A stretch of 64,000 nt of DNA from Verrucomicrobiia bacterium (GCA_035574275.1 DATLYY010000017.1:1057-65056), one strand, 5' to 3'. Positions 44,034 to 54,974 are shown, counted from the stretch's first letter. Program-made: numbers and translations. The notes: generated from the letters alone by a model not told the origin.

Positions 44034-44939
44034 ATGGACAAAAAAAAACTCGTTGAGCTCGGGGTGGAGCTTCTGGTCTATCTTTCCTCCTGGGTTTCCA
44101 TTTTGGGGATCGTCTTCCTATTCATTTTCATCGGCAAGGAGGCCTTTCCCCTTTTAACCGACCCCCGGATGCGGGAGGAAGTCCACCTTTCCCAGCTCTG
44201 GACCTCTGTCTGGCAGCCGGTTTCGGATGTACCGAAGTTCGGCCTGATTCCGCTTTTCATCGGCACTTTGAAAGCCTCTTTCGTGGCAATGCTTTTTGCC
44301 ACCCCGCTGGCCATTCTGGCCGCCATTTTTACTTCCGAGTTCGCCCCTCCCCGTTTGGGACGGGCCATCAAACCGGCCGTTGAGCTTTTGGCCGGCATTC
44401 CGTCTGTCGTTTTGGGATTCTTTGCTTTGGTTGTTTTGGCTACCTGGGTGCAGGGGCTTTTCGGTTTCACCATGCGGTTGAACGCCACCGCCGCCGGCAT
44501 CGCTTTGGGGCTCGCGGTACTCCCCATCATTTACACCGTGACGGAAGATGCCTTGGCCACCGTGCCGAAAGCGTTTCGCGAGGCCTCCTTGTCCCTCGGT
44601 GCCACGCCGTGGCAGACCGCCTTCAAAGTGGTTTTACCGGCCGCCCTGCCGGGGATTTTCGCCGCCTTGGTTTTGGGGTTCGGCCGGGCGGTGGGGGAGA
44701 CGATGATTGTCTTGATGGCCTCCGGGAATGCCTCGATTGTCAGCGCCAACTTGGGGGACTCCATCCGCACTCTGTCCGCAACCATCGCGGCGGAGCTGGC
44801 CGAAGTGGTCTTCGGCGACGGGCATTACCGACTCCTGTTCGGCCTCGGGGTGATGCTTTTTTCCTTCACCTTCGTTTTGAATCTGGTCGGCAGCTGGTAC
44901 ATCCAGCGGGTTAAAAAACGGCTTTTGGGGGCGGCGTGA
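44034..44939 (+). CDS. pstC: Phosphate ABC transporter permease PstC
   Basis: Start at MDKKKLVELG (GGAGGA RBS) rather than the long upstream extension, which has Arg/Gly-rich low-complexity content. BPD_transp_1 permease with the EAA-loop region. Confidence 0.9.
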   Translation: MDKKKLVELGVELLVYLSSWVSILGIVFLFIFIGKEAFPLLTDPRMREEVHLSQLWTSVWQPVSDVPKFGLIPLFIGTLKASFVAMLFATPLAILAAIFTSEFAPPRLGRAIKPAVELLAGIPSVVLGFFALVVLATWVQGLFGFTMRLNATAAGIALGLAVLPIIYTVTEDALATVPKAFREASLSLGATPWQTAFKVVLPAALPGIFAALVLGFGRAVGETMIVLMASGNASIVSANLGDSIRTLSATIAAELAEVVFGDGHYRLLFGLGVMLFSFTFVLNLVGSWYIQRVKKRLLGAA

Positions 44940-45826
44940 AAGACAAGCTTTTCGTCGGCCTCTCGGCCGCCGCCATGCTGGTCATTTTGGCGATGCTGGC
45001 CGTCATTCTCGGTAACATTTTCTGGTTCGGCAAGGATATGCTCTCCTGGGAATTCATCTCCGCCAAACCGACGATGGGAATGACCGAAGGGGGAATTTTC
45101 CCCGCCATCTTCGGCACGGTCGCTCTGGTTTTCTTGATGTCGATCGCCGTGATGCCGGCCGGCGTTCTGACCGCCGTTTACCTTGAAGAGTACGCCCGGG
45201 CCGATTCCAAAATGGTCAAACTCGTCCAGCAGGCGGTCGCCAATCTGGCCGGCGTCCCGTCCATTGTTTTCGGCCTTTTCGGTTTGGGGTTTTTCGTCAA
45301 CTTCGTCGGCCGGGGTGTGGATGGGTTGTTTTTCGGTGGCGAACTCTACTACGGTCAGCCGGCGATTATCTGGGCGGCCGCTACGCTGGCCCTTTTGACT
45401 CTGCCGGTGGTGATCGTCACCACTTCGGAAGCGCTGCGCGCCGTGCCGCGCGAAATAAAAGAAGGGGGCCTGGCGCTCGGCGCCACCCGCCTTCAGAACC
45501 TCCGACGCATCATCATACCCTCCGCCCTCCCCGGTATTCTGACCGGCGGCATTCTGGCGGTTTCCCGCGGCGCCGGGGAGGTGGCCCCGATTATGTTCAC
45601 CGGCGCGGCCTATTTTCTTCCCTATCTGCCTACCAAGCCGAACGACCAGTTTATGGAACTCGGCTACCACGTCTACGTGATGGCCACCCAGTCGCCGGAC
45701 GTGGAGGCAACCAAGCCGATTTTGTATTCCACCGTGTTGGTGCTTTTAGCTTTGACTTTCCTTTTGAACCTTTTGGCCATATACTTGCGGGCGCGGCTGC
45801 GCAAACGATTTGCCGAGGGACGCTGA
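44936..45826 (+). CDS. pstA: Phosphate ABC transporter permease PstA
   Basis: Overlaps pstC by 4 nt; PstA-type permease (…[47 protein letters not shown]…). Confidence 0.9.
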   Translation: MKDKLFVGLSAAAMLVILAMLAVILGNIFWFGKDMLSWEFISAKPTMGMTEGGIFPAIFGTVALVFLMSIAVMPAGVLTAVYLEEYARADSKMVKLVQQAVANLAGVPSIVFGLFGLGFFVNFVGRGVDGLFFGGELYYGQPAIIWAAATLALLTLPVVIVTTSEALRAVPREIKEGGLALGATRLQNLRRIIIPSALPGILTGGILAVSRGAGEVAPIMFTGAAYFLPYLPTKPNDQFMELGYHVYVMATQSPDVEATKPILYSTVLVLLALTFLLNLLAIYLRARLRKRFAEGR

Positions 45827-46671
45827 TGGAACTGGTAAACGAGGAAATTGAAACGGTGACCAAACTGCCCCAATTCCGGCTGGACGCCATCGGCCGGCCG
45901 GAAACCGTCCCGGCCGAGCGGGAAAAGATTCGGATAGAGAATTTTTCCTTCTGGTACGGAAAAACAAAGGCCTTGGACGACATCACCAGCAAAATTTACG
46001 AGCACCGCATCACCGCTTATATCGGCCCCTCCGGCTGCGGCAAGTCCACCTTTCTGCGCTGTTTGAACCGGATGAACGATTTGATTCCCCACACCCGCTG
46101 GGAGGGAAAAATCTTTTTGGAGGAGGAGGAAATCTCCCGCCCCAAGCCGGATTTTACCGCGCTCCGCCGGAAGGTGGGGATGGTTTTCCAGAAATCGAAC
46201 CCCTTCCCCAAATCGATTTTTGAAAACGTGGCCTTCGGGCTGCGCATAGCCGGGGAAAGCAACGCCGAAAAGCTTTCCGCCGCCGTGGAAGAGAGCTTGA
46301 AGCAGGCGGCTTTGTGGGAGGAGGTTAAGGATAAGTTGGAGCGTTCGGCTTTGGCTCTTTCCGGCGGCCAGCAGCAGCGGCTCTGCATCGCAAGGGCTTT
46401 GGCCGTCCGGCCGGAGGTTTTGCTTCTGGACGAACCCTGCTCGCAGCTGGATCCGATTTCGACCGCCAAAATCGAAGAACTCCTGCTCAATTTAAAGAGC
46501 CGCTACACCATCGTTCTGGTCACCCACAATATGCAGCAGGCAGCCCGCGTTTCCGACTTTACCGGCTTTTTCCTCCTTGGACAACTGGTGGAGTTCGACG
46601 ACACCCGGAAATTGTTCACCAACCCGGCTGACAAGCGTACGGAAGATTACATCACCGGAAGGTTCGGATAA
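45826..46671 (+). CDS. pstB: Phosphate ABC transporter ATP-binding protein PstB
   Basis: Walker [10 protein letters not shown], signature [15 protein letters not shown], and the PstB-specific N-terminus ([16 protein letters not shown]). Confidence 0.95.
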   Translation: MELVNEEIETVTKLPQFRLDAIGRPETVPAEREKIRIENFSFWYGKTKALDDITSKIYEHRITAYIGPSGCGKSTFLRCLNRMNDLIPHTRWEGKIFLEEEEISRPKPDFTALRRKVGMVFQKSNPFPKSIFENVAFGLRIAGESNAEKLSAAVEESLKQAALWEEVKDKLERSALALSGGQQQRLCIARALAVRPEVLLLDEPCSQLDPISTAKIEELLLNLKSRYTIVLVTHNMQQAARVSDFTGFFLLGQLVEFDDTRKLFTNPADKRTEDYITGRFG

Positions 46672-47330
46672 TGCAAAGGCACTTTGACGAGGAACTGGGG
46701 CTCATCAAAAAAAAGCTGGCCGAGATGGCCGGGTTGGCGGAGGGGATGATTTCCCGTGCCGTGCAAGTTTTGGTTGAGCGGGATTCGAAACTGGCGGAAG
46801 AAATCTGGCCGGATGAGAAGGAAGTGAATTCAAAGCAGCTGGATATTGATGAGGATTGCCTGAAACTTCTGGCCCTCCACCAGCCGATGGCCACCGATTT
46901 GCGCTTCCTGGTGGCCACCCTGCGCATCACCGGAGAGCTGGAACGGATTGCCGACCAGGCGGTCAACATCACTCAGGCGGCCTTGGTGTTGATTGAAAAG
47001 CCGGAGCTAAAACCGCTTATCGACATCCCCCGCATGGCCACAGTGGCGGCCGGAATGGTGAAGGATAGCTTGGATTCCTTTGTGAAAAAAGATCCGGCGT
47101 TGGCCCGGCAGGTGCTGGAGCGGGACAACGAAGTGGACGCCTATAAGGATCAGATTTTCCGCGAGCTTTTAACCTATATGTTCTCCGACCCCAAATCGAT
47201 TGAGCGGGCCATCGAACTCATCTTGATCTCTCGCCATCTCGAACGGATTGCCGACCACGCCACCAACATCGCCGAAGACGCCATCTACTACGTGGAAGGG
47301 CGCGACGTCCGTCACCACGCCGCCGAGTAG
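46671..47330 (+). CDS. phoU: Phosphate signalling complex protein PhoU
   Basis: Two PhoU repeats, each with the ELERIADQAVNI / HLERIADHATNIAED motifs; start overlaps the pstB stop. Confidence 0.9.
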   Translation: MQRHFDEELGLIKKKLAEMAGLAEGMISRAVQVLVERDSKLAEEIWPDEKEVNSKQLDIDEDCLKLLALHQPMATDLRFLVATLRITGELERIADQAVNITQAALVLIEKPELKPLIDIPRMATVAAGMVKDSLDSFVKKDPALARQVLERDNEVDAYKDQIFRELLTYMFSDPKSIERAIELILISRHLERIADHATNIAEDAIYYVEGRDVRHHAAE

Positions 47331-47353
47331 CGTCCCGCTTTTTCGGATTTAGT

Positions 47354-48349
47354 TCAGTCCGCCAATAAATGAGCCAACCGGGCAAAACCGTACCCCATCA
47401 GGGCGCAGCCGGGCAAAGTCAAAATCCAGGCCAGAACGATGTTTCCCGCCACCCCCCAGCGGACGGCGGAAAACTTTTGTGAAGCCCCCACTCCCATAAT
47501 CGTCGAGCTGATGACGTGTGTGGTGGAAAGGGGAACGCCGATGCGCGAGGCGATTTCAATCAAGGTCCCGGCGCCTGCTTCCGCCGAAAAACCGTGGAAG
47601 GGGGTCAAGTGTACGATACGCATCCCCATCGTTTTGATAATCCGCCACCCTCCCATCGCCGTGCCCGCCGCCATCGCCACGGCGCAGAGTAAAATCACCC
47701 AGAGGGGGATATGAAAATCGGAGAACTGATAGTAACTCACCAAGGCCATCGTGATAATTCCCATCGTCTTCTGGGCATCGTTGGAACCGTGGCTGTAGGC
47801 CATCCAGGCGGCGGAAACAATCTGCAGCCGGCTGAACAGCGTGCCGACCCGCCCCGGATGGGATTTTTGGAAAAAAAAGAAGAGCAGATTGGTCAAAAGC
47901 CAGCCAAAGCCGAAAGCAAGGAGCGGAGACAAAAACAGAGGTAAAATCACTTTGGTTGTGATCCCCGAAGTGACCAGAACCTCCGAGCCCCCCATGGCAT
48001 ATCCGGCCCCGATGATGGAAGCCATCAAAGCGTGACTCGAGGAAGTGGGAAGCCCGAAATACCAAGTCAGCAAATCCCAAAGAAAGGCGGAAAGGAGGGC
48101 GCAGCCAATCGCCAGTTGGGACATCGCCTGCGGATCCACCAATCCCTTGCCGACAGTGGCGGCGACAGCCGTGCCGGTCAAGGCCCCCACGAAGTTCAAA
48201 ACGGCGGCCATGGCGATGGCGGCGCGCGGCGTCAAAACCCGGGTGGAAACAGAGGTGGCAATGGCGTTGGCGGCGTCGTGGAAGCCGTTCATCAAATCGA
48301 AAGCTACCGCCAGGACGATGACGACGATTAAGAGGGAAAAACTATCCAT
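47354..48349 (-). CDS. pit: Inorganic phosphate transporter, PiT family
   Basis: PHO4/PiT signature GFHDAANAIATSV near the N-terminus and a second GSNDAQKTMGII repeat; 331 aa, multi-TM. Confidence 0.9.
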   Translation of the reverse strand: MDSFSLLIVVIVLAVAFDLMNGFHDAANAIATSVSTRVLTPRAAIAMAAVLNFVGALTGTAVAATVGKGLVDPQAMSQLAIGCALLSAFLWDLLTWYFGLPTSSSHALMASIIGAGYAMGGSEVLVTSGITTKVILPLFLSPLLAFGFGWLLTNLLFFFFQKSHPGRVGTLFSRLQIVSAAWMAYSHGSNDAQKTMGIITMALVSYYQFSDFHIPLWVILLCAVAMAAGTAMGGWRIIKTMGMRIVHLTPFHGFSAEAGAGTLIEIASRIGVPLSTTHVISSTIMGVGASQKFSAVRWGVAGNIVLAWILTLPGCALMGYGFARLAHLLAD

Positions 48350-48363
48350 CCGGAAGGAAGGCC

Positions 48364-48987
48364 TTAGGCGTTTTTCACCACCACCGATTCAATTACCACG
48401 GCCATATCTTCGCATTTGTCGATCGCTTTTTCCAGACTCTCGTACACCTCCTTCCACTTGATGACTTCCAAAGGCGAGGGGGCGCGCTCAAAAAGCTCTA
48501 CCATCGTCATTTTCAAAAGCATATCCGCCTCGTTTTCCAGCCGGTTGATTTCGATGGCATAATCCAGAATCCGGCGCGGACGCTTTAAGTCCCGAAGGGA
48601 AGTGATGGCCTTGGCAACCTCCATCACCGACTGGTGGAGAATCTGGGCCATTTGAACCAGGTTCTGCGTCGGTTTTTCCAGTTTGTACAGGAAAATCCGG
48701 TCTGCCACTTCCTCGGTCAAATCCAAAACGTCGTCGATCCCCGCGGCGATGGCGTGTATGTCATCTCGGTCGATGGGGGTAATAAATGTGCGGTTCAGCC
48801 GGTCCATAATCTCGTGGGTGATGATGTCCCCCTCGTGCTCCAGCTCGTCCAATTTCTGCACCCCTTTTTCCAGCTTGGAAAAATCCTTTATCATTTCCAA
48901 AAAAACGTCCACCGAGGCGGACAGATTTTTGGTGGCGCGCTCGAACATGTCGAAAAACGCTTCTTCCTTTTTTACCAGCCAGGGCAT
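48364..48987 (-). CDS. DUF47/TIGR00153-family protein (PhoU-like accessory protein of PiT transporters)
   Basis: MPWLVKKEEAFFDMFERATKNL…HEGDIITHEIMDRLNRTFITPIDRDDIH… is the characteristic YkaA/DUF47 family sequence. Co-oriented with and upstream of pit. Confidence 0.85.
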   Translation of the reverse strand: MPWLVKKEEAFFDMFERATKNLSASVDVFLEMIKDFSKLEKGVQKLDELEHEGDIITHEIMDRLNRTFITPIDRDDIHAIAAGIDDVLDLTEEVADRIFLYKLEKPTQNLVQMAQILHQSVMEVAKAITSLRDLKRPRRILDYAIEINRLENEADMLLKMTMVELFERAPSPLEVIKWKEVYESLEKAIDKCEDMAVVIESVVVKNA

Positions 48988-49084
48988 TTTTTTCTCCTTT
49001 GGTTCACGGCCACTATACTTTTCGGGCTGACTTAAGTCAACTGTGACAAGGCCGGGACTGAATCGCCGATACGACTGTCGCCAA

Positions 49085-49131
49085 ATAAAAAACGAGAGGG
49101 AACCGGGAGGCGCAGGAAAGGTTCCCTCTCG
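49085..49131 (-). terminator. Rho-independent terminator after the RND efflux operon (minus strand)
   Basis: On the plus strand, CGAGAGGGAACC-gggaggcgcaggaaa-GGTTCCCTCTCG preceded by TAAAAAA; on the minus strand it is a 12-bp stem followed by TTTTTTAT. Confidence 0.75.
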
Positions 49132-49146
49132 TCTGGTACGGTAAAC

Positions 49147-52100
49147 TTATTCGGTCGTGCCTCGCACCGTGGCCGGCACAATGGCCGGAAATTCCGCGCT
49201 TACCGGCTCTTTTCCGTCACCTCCCTCAACGGCGGCCGCCGTCTCCGCGGCAGTTTCTTCCTGCTTGGTAAAGCGGGCCATTAGGGTATAAACCACCGGC
49301 ACCAGAACCAAAGTCAAAAACGTGGAAAAAAGCATTCCACCCACCACCGAAATCCCGAGCGGGCGGCGGGCTTCGCCTCCCGCGCCGAGGCCGATGGCAA
49401 TCGGCAAAACGCCGAATACCACGGTCAAGGAGGTCATCAAAATCGGCCGCAAGCGGGTGCGGGCGGCCTGCGTCACGGCGTCAAATAGCGCCACGCCCCG
49501 TTCCCGCAATTGGTTGGCGAACTCCACAATCAGAATAGAGTTCTTTGTCACCAAACCGATTAGCATAACCAGCCCGATTTGGGAATAGATGTTCAAGCTC
49601 TGGCGGAAGATGAACAAGGAGACCAAGGCCCCGACCAGAGCGAGCGGCACGGCCAAAAGAATGGTCAAGGGATGAATGAAGCTCTCAAACTGCGCGGAGA
49701 GAACGAGGTAAATGAAAACCACCGCCAGCAAAAAGACGAAATAGAGGGCGCTGCTTGATTCGCGGAATTCGCGCGACTGGCCGGCCAGCTCCCGCTTGAT
49801 GCCCGGGGGCAGATCGTTTTGGCGAATTTGGTCGAGATCATCCAAGGCCTTCCCCAAGCTGACGCCGGGAAGCATGCTGGCGGTGATGGTGGCGGAGCGG
49901 ATACGGTTGTAATGGTTCAGCTCCTTGGGGGCCACGGTCTCCTTCAACTGCACCACGTTGGCGAGCTGCACCAACCCGCCACGGGTGCGGACGTAGAGGT
50001 CTTCAATCGTCCGGGGGGTGGCCCGGTCGGCGGGCTTCATCTGCAAAATGACGTCGTACTGCTTGGCCCCCCGCTTGAAATTGGTGACCACCCGGCCGCC
50101 CAGGAAGGTTTCCAACGTCGCGCCGATGTCTGCCACGGAAACGCCGAGCCCGGCGGAGCGCTCGCGGTCAATCTGGATGTTCAGTTGCGGCTTGTTCAGG
50201 CGCAAATCGGTGTCAAGGTTATAGAGGTAGCCCAGCTGCTGGGCCTTGCCCATCATAATTCCGACCGCTTGCTGCAGTTCCTCGTAGGTGTCTCCCTGCA
50301 AGACGTACTCCACCGGGCTGGAGGTGAAATCGGCCCCCAAGCTGGGAGGGTTGATGACAAAGGCCAGAACGCCGGGAATCGACATCAACTGCGGGAAGAG
50401 GGACTGCACGATTTCCTGCTGGGAGCGGTCCCGTTCCCCGCGCGGTTTCAAACGTAAAAACAGAACCCCGTTGGTCACCCGCCCCGGCCCGGCGAACCCC
50501 AGGCCGACCGCGGTGAAAAGCCCCTGGCGCTCCGGCAGGTTCATCAAGATGTTTTCCACCTGGTGCATATAGCGATCCGTGTAGTCCAGCGTGGCCCCTT
50601 CCGGGGCAATCACGACGCCGAAGCCGATGCCGCGGTCCTCCACCGGCACCAGTTCGGAGGGGAGGAACTTAAACAGGGAGAGGGAAAGCAAAACCAGAAC
50701 GGTTGCGCCGGCAAACACCTTCAGCCGATTTTTCAAAGCCCAAGCCAGAATTCGGGTGTAGGTCGAATCCAGCCAGGCAAAGAAAGCATCGAAGCTCTTG
50801 GTGGCCCAATTGTGGCCGACGCCGTAAAGCGGCTTTAGAATCCGGGAGGTGAGCATCGGCGTCAGCGTAAGCGCGGTGAAACCGGAAATCAGAACGGCGG
50901 CGGCCACGGAAAGGCCGAACTCCCGGAAGAGCTTGCCGACGTTGCCGGTCAAAAAGGAAAGGGGGATGAAAACCGCCACCAGCGTTATGGTGATGGCAAT
51001 AACGGCAAAGCCTATCTCCTTGGAGGCGTCGAAGGCCGCCTTTCTCCTATCCTTTCCCATCTGCATATGGCGGTAAACGTTTTCCAAAACGACGATGGCG
51101 TCATCCACCACCAAGCCGATGGCCAAAACCAAGGCCAAAAGGGTCAGAATGTTCAGTGTGAAGCCGAGGAAGTAGGCGACGGCAAAACTTCCAAAGATGG
51201 AAACCGGGATGGCGAGAGTAGGAATCACGGTGGCGCGGAAGCTTTTCAAAAAGGCCAGAATGACCAAAATTACCAAACAGAAGGCAATGAACAGGGTCTC
51301 CTGCACCTCGTTTATGGAATCTTGAATGAAGTCGGCGGCGTTGTAGGCGACCTCCAAATTCATCCCTTTCGGCAGCTCCTTGGCCAGTTGGGGGAGGGCG
51401 GCCATCACCGTTTTGGAAACCTCGATGGTGGAGGCCTTGTTCTGTTTGCCAATGCCGACGCCGACGGCGGGATGGCCGTTGTAGCGCACCACTGTGCGCT
51501 CATCCTCGGCCCCCAAGGTCACTTCCGCCACTTGTCCCAGTCGGACGATTTGATCGCCATCCTGTTTGACGATGAGTCCGGCGAACTCCTCCGGGGTGGC
51601 CAGCTTGCCGAGCGTGCGCACGGCGAACTCCCGCCCCGCTCCCTCCACCCGGCCGCCGGGAATTTCGGCGTTCCCCCGGCGGATGGCATTTTCCACATCT
51701 TGAGTGGTCAACCCAAAGGCGGCCATTCGCTGGGCGTCCAGCCAGACCCGCATGGCGTATTTCCGTTCCCCGCCGATGAAGACCAGCCCCACCCCCGGCA
51801 GGCGCTGCAACTTTTCTTTTAAAATCCGGTCGGCGATTTCGGAAACCTCCAAATCGGAATGGCGGGTCGAGGAGAGGGCCAGCCACAAAAAGGGCTGGGC
51901 GTTGACATCCAGTTTTTCAATGATGGGATCATCCGCCTCGGCTGGCAGCTCGCCGCGAATGCGGGTGACCCGGTCGCGCACGTCATTGGCCGCCTCGTTG
52001 ACATCCCGGTTCAGTTCAAACTCGACGGAAATAACCGATCCTTGCTCCACGCTGGAGGACTTGATGGTTTTCACCCCTTCGAGCGTGGAGAGCTGCTCTT

Positions 52101-52302
52101 CCAGAATGTCCGTTATTTCGGTTTCCACCACGCTCGGGCTGGCACCGCGGTAAAAGGTGGTGATGGAGACGACCGGCGGGTCGATATCCGGATATTCCCG
52201 CACCGGCAGCCGGGTGAAGGCGATCACCCCGAAAAGGAGGATGACCAAGCTCATCACCGAGGCGAAAACGGGGCGCTTGATGGAAAGTTCGCTTAGCTTC
52301 AT
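49147..52302 (-). CDS. RND efflux pump inner-membrane permease (AcrB/HAE1 family)
   Basis: 1051 aa with 12 TM and two large periplasmic loops; the N-terminus MKLSELSIKRPVFASVMSLVILLFG is typical of AcrB. Confidence 0.9.
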   Translation of the reverse strand: MKLSELSIKRPVFASVMSLVILLFGVIAFTRLPVREYPDIDPPVVSITTFYRGASPSVVETEITDILEEQLSTLEGVKTIKSSSVEQGSVISVEFELNRDVNEAANDVRDRVTRIRGELPAEADDPIIEKLDVNAQPFLWLALSSTRHSDLEVSEIADRILKEKLQRLPGVGLVFIGGERKYAMRVWLDAQRMAAFGLTTQDVENAIRRGNAEIPGGRVEGAGREFAVRTLGKLATPEEFAGLIVKQDGDQIVRLGQVAEVTLGAEDERTVVRYNGHPAVGVGIGKQNKASTIEVSKTVMAALPQLAKELPKGMNLEVAYNAADFIQDSINEVQETLFIAFCLVILVILAFLKSFRATVIPTLAIPVSIFGSFAVAYFLGFTLNILTLLALVLAIGLVVDDAIVVLENVYRHMQMGKDRRKAAFDASKEIGFAVIAITITLVAVFIPLSFLTGNVGKLFREFGLSVAAAVLISGFTALTLTPMLTSRILKPLYGVGHNWATKSFDAFFAWLDSTYTRILAWALKNRLKVFAGATVLVLLSLSLFKFLPSELVPVEDRGIGFGVVIAPEGATLDYTDRYMHQVENILMNLPERQGLFTAVGLGFAGPGRVTNGVLFLRLKPRGERDRSQQEIVQSLFPQLMSIPGVLAFVINPPSLGADFTSSPVEYVLQGDTYEELQQAVGIMMGKAQQLGYLYNLDTDLRLNKPQLNIQIDRERSAGLGVSVADIGATLETFLGGRVVTNFKRGAKQYDVILQMKPADRATPRTIEDLYVRTRGGLVQLANVVQLKETVAPKELNHYNRIRSATITASMLPGVSLGKALDDLDQIRQNDLPPGIKRELAGQSREFRESSSALYFVFLLAVVFIYLVLSAQFESFIHPLTILLAVPLALVGALVSLFIFRQSLNIYSQIGLVMLIGLVTKNSILIVEFANQLRERGVALFDAVTQAARTRLRPILMTSLTVVFGVLPIAIGLGAGGEARRPLGISVVGGMLFSTFLTLVLVPVVYTLMARFTKQEETAAETAAAVEGGDGKEPVSAEFPAIVPATVRGTTE

Positions 52303-53387
52303 GATTTACCTCCCGCCGCTTGCGGCGTTCCCGAATCCGGCACCGGAAAGACCTTGGCGCCGGGGAAGAGCTTTTGATGCCCGGCTTTGACCACCTGCGT
52401 GCCCGGGGCCAGCCCGCTTAAAACCTCCACGGAGGCCTTCTGCCGGGTGCCGCAGACAATCGGCGTGGGAACCACCGTGCTGTCTTTTTGGATCACGTAC
52501 ACCAAATTTTTATCCCCCTCGGCAAAGACCGCCTCGTCCGGCACGGTGAGGGCGTTCTTGCGTTCGCTCAAAACGGCCGATACGTTGGCCGACATGCCGG
52601 GACGGAACTTGCGGGCCGGGTTGGGGACCCGCGCCAGAATTTTGACCGTGCGGGATTCCGGGTTGACCACCGGCTCTATCACGCTGATTCTGCCTTTCAA
52701 CTCATGACCCGGAAAGGCAGGGGCGGAAACGGTAACGGAGGCGCCGGACTTGAGCTCGGATAAATACCGTTCGGGGGCGTAGAAGATGATTCGCAGTTCG
52801 TCGATTTTGGCCAAATCGGTAATTACGTCCCCGGTGCGGACGAAGGCCCCTGGGGAAATCCGGCGTGCGCCGACCAAGCCGGAAAAGGGGGCGGTGATTT
52901 TTGTTTTGGCCAAGCGGGCCTTGGCCAAGGCCCAATCCGCTTCGGCCATTTTTAAAGCGGCGGCGGCGTCGTCCAAATCCTGCGGCGCACCAGCCTTCTG
53001 CTCGACGATTGATTTCACCCGTTCGTAGCTGATTTTCCGCTGGTCGCGCAGGGCTTCGGCACGGTCTTCTTCGGCTTTCAACTGCTCATCATCCAGTTGG
53101 GCAATCAATTCCCCTTTTTCAATCACCGAACCTTCCTTGTAGGGGATGTCGATGACCTGGGCGTCGATTTGGGCCACCACGGTGATGGCCTCCAACGCTT
53201 CCAACGTGCCGACCGCCTCAAATTTGTCGGAGACCGTCCCGGCCGTGACCGTGGCGACCTCCACCGGCATCGGCGGCGGGGAAAAACCGTTCCCCTTGTT
53301 CTTGGCGCAGCCGGTGATTAACAGGAAAACCAGAATTAGGGCAATCACCCAGCCCAAATCTATTCCCCAGCGATTATTTATTTTCAT
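52299..53387 (-). CDS. RND efflux periplasmic adaptor (membrane fusion protein), lipoprotein
   Basis: Lipobox LLITGCAKN; biotinyl-lipoyl, beta-barrel and MP domains; overlaps the RND permease gene by 4 nt. Confidence 0.85.
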   Translation of the reverse strand: MKINNRWGIDLGWVIALILVFLLITGCAKNKGNGFSPPPMPVEVATVTAGTVSDKFEAVGTLEALEAITVVAQIDAQVIDIPYKEGSVIEKGELIAQLDDEQLKAEEDRAEALRDQRKISYERVKSIVEQKAGAPQDLDDAAAALKMAEADWALAKARLAKTKITAPFSGLVGARRISPGAFVRTGDVITDLAKIDELRIIFYAPERYLSELKSGASVTVSAPAFPGHELKGRISVIEPVVNPESRTVKILARVPNPARKFRPGMSANVSAVLSERKNALTVPDEAVFAEGDKNLVYVIQKDSTVVPTPIVCGTRQKASVEVLSGLAPGTQVVKAGHQKLFPGAKVFPVPDSGTPQAAGGKS

Positions 53388-53399
53388 CTTTTCCTCGCG

Positions 53400-54974
53400 T
53401 CAGTTATTGGTTTCCGTTTCGATTACACTTGTCGTAAGCTTTTTCAATTCCGCCGCCGCCTTGGCCGCCCGCACCAGGGCCTGCGAATAACGCTGCTGGG
53501 CGGTGGCCAAGTCCGCGCTCAAGCGAACCAACTCGAAAGCCGTCGTACGGCCAACCTGATATTCCAGCATTCCGATTCTGACCTGCTCGGCGGAGGCCTC
53601 CACGCCCGTGCGGGCCGCCTCCAGTCGTTTTTTGGCATGCAACAATTCCCGGTAACTGGCGCGCACATCCTCTTCCAGTCCCCTCTTGGCGGCGATATAC
53701 TGCTGGTAAGCCCGCTCCGCCTCGCCATTCAAACGCTGGCGTTCTCCCAAACCGGAGCGGAGTCCAATCGGCAAGGAGAAACGGAAACCGACGTTCCAAG
53801 TGGGATAATCTCGTTGAAAAACCTGCGTCCAGGCGCGGTCGGCGCTGCCAGCGAAGGGGCCGCCCAAGGTGTCTGTTCCGGAAAGTCCGTTGGCTCCCAA
53901 GATACCGTACAGGTCCAATTTGGGCAAAGCATTCCAACCGGCCCCCTTGGCTAAGGAACGGGCCGCCGCCCAGTTTTTTTCCGCCACTTTAAGATTGCGG
54001 TTTTCCTCCAGCGCCTTTTGAACCAAACTGTCCGGGTCTTCCACCGGAAAATCGGAAGGGGGGGTATCGGAAGGGCGGTAGCGTACAGAAGAGGAACGCT
54101 GTCCCAGCAAGGTTGCGAGCTGGTCGGAAATTTTGTCCAAATTTTCTTCCCTATCCAAAACGGCCTGCTCCTGCTCGGCCAAAAAGACCTTGGCGTTCGC
54201 CACCTGGTTCGGCCCGACGCGGCCGACGGCGGCTTTCAACTCCGTCTCTTTCAAAAAAGCAGCCGCCCGGTCGCGGATTAAAATCTGCACGGCCAAATCC
54301 CGCTCGGCGGCATACAAATCCCAGTAGGTTTGCTCCACTTCGGCATTAAGAGATAAAACGGCATCCGCATAGCGCGCCTGGGCCGCTTCCAGACCACGCC
54401 GGGCGGAGCTCAAATTCGAGGCCGTCCCCGGGCCGAAGCCGGAAAGAATCGGCTGGGTTATTTCAATTTTCCCAAAGTTGGTGTATTGCGACTTCAGCGC
54501 CGTGTAGGGGGAATTGCTTTCCAGCCGAGTGGTGTTTACGGAGGTCTCCAGTTGCGTGCCGAGGGGCGACTTCAACCGCAGGCCGGCCGAGCCGGTAAGC
54601 CGTTCATCCTCCTGCACGATGGCAAAAGAACCGACGCCGGGCACGGCGAAGGCGGAGGGCTGACGAAATCTCGATTTCTCTCCTTCGGCAAAAAGCTCTG
54701 GGTCGAAAGCCCCTTTTTCGCGGCGATGGACGCCGCCAGCCGCCTTGAGTGCGGCCCTGGCTTCCTGCAGGGAGGTGGCGTGCTTCATCGCTTCCGCTTT
54801 GGCTTCCTCCATCGAGATAAAGCTTCCTTCAAATTGCGCCAAGGTCAAAGCCAACGCGCTGTCCGGGTTGGTTTCCAAAAGCTGCGGCTGGGCCAAGACC
54901 TGTTCCCTTCCCAAAAGGAAAGAGAAAATTATTATGGTCTGTATTATAAAGAGTCCCTTAACTTTGTCTTTCAC
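53400..54974 (-). CDS. Outer-membrane efflux protein (TolC/OMF family)
   Basis: Signal peptide and two OEP repeats with coiled-coil alpha-helical segments; 524 aa; first gene of the efflux operon after tetR. Confidence 0.85.
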   Translation of the reverse strand: MKDKVKGLFIIQTIIIFSFLLGREQVLAQPQLLETNPDSALALTLAQFEGSFISMEEAKAEAMKHATSLQEARAALKAAGGVHRREKGAFDPELFAEGEKSRFRQPSAFAVPGVGSFAIVQEDERLTGSAGLRLKSPLGTQLETSVNTTRLESNSPYTALKSQYTNFGKIEITQPILSGFGPGTASNLSSARRGLEAAQARYADAVLSLNAEVEQTYWDLYAAERDLAVQILIRDRAAAFLKETELKAAVGRVGPNQVANAKVFLAEQEQAVLDREENLDKISDQLATLLGQRSSSVRYRPSDTPPSDFPVEDPDSLVQKALEENRNLKVAEKNWAAARSLAKGAGWNALPKLDLYGILGANGLSGTDTLGGPFAGSADRAWTQVFQRDYPTWNVGFRFSLPIGLRSGLGERQRLNGEAERAYQQYIAAKRGLEEDVRASYRELLHAKKRLEAARTGVEASAEQVRIGMLEYQVGRTTAFELVRLSADLATAQQRYSQALVRAAKAAAELKKLTTSVIETETNN

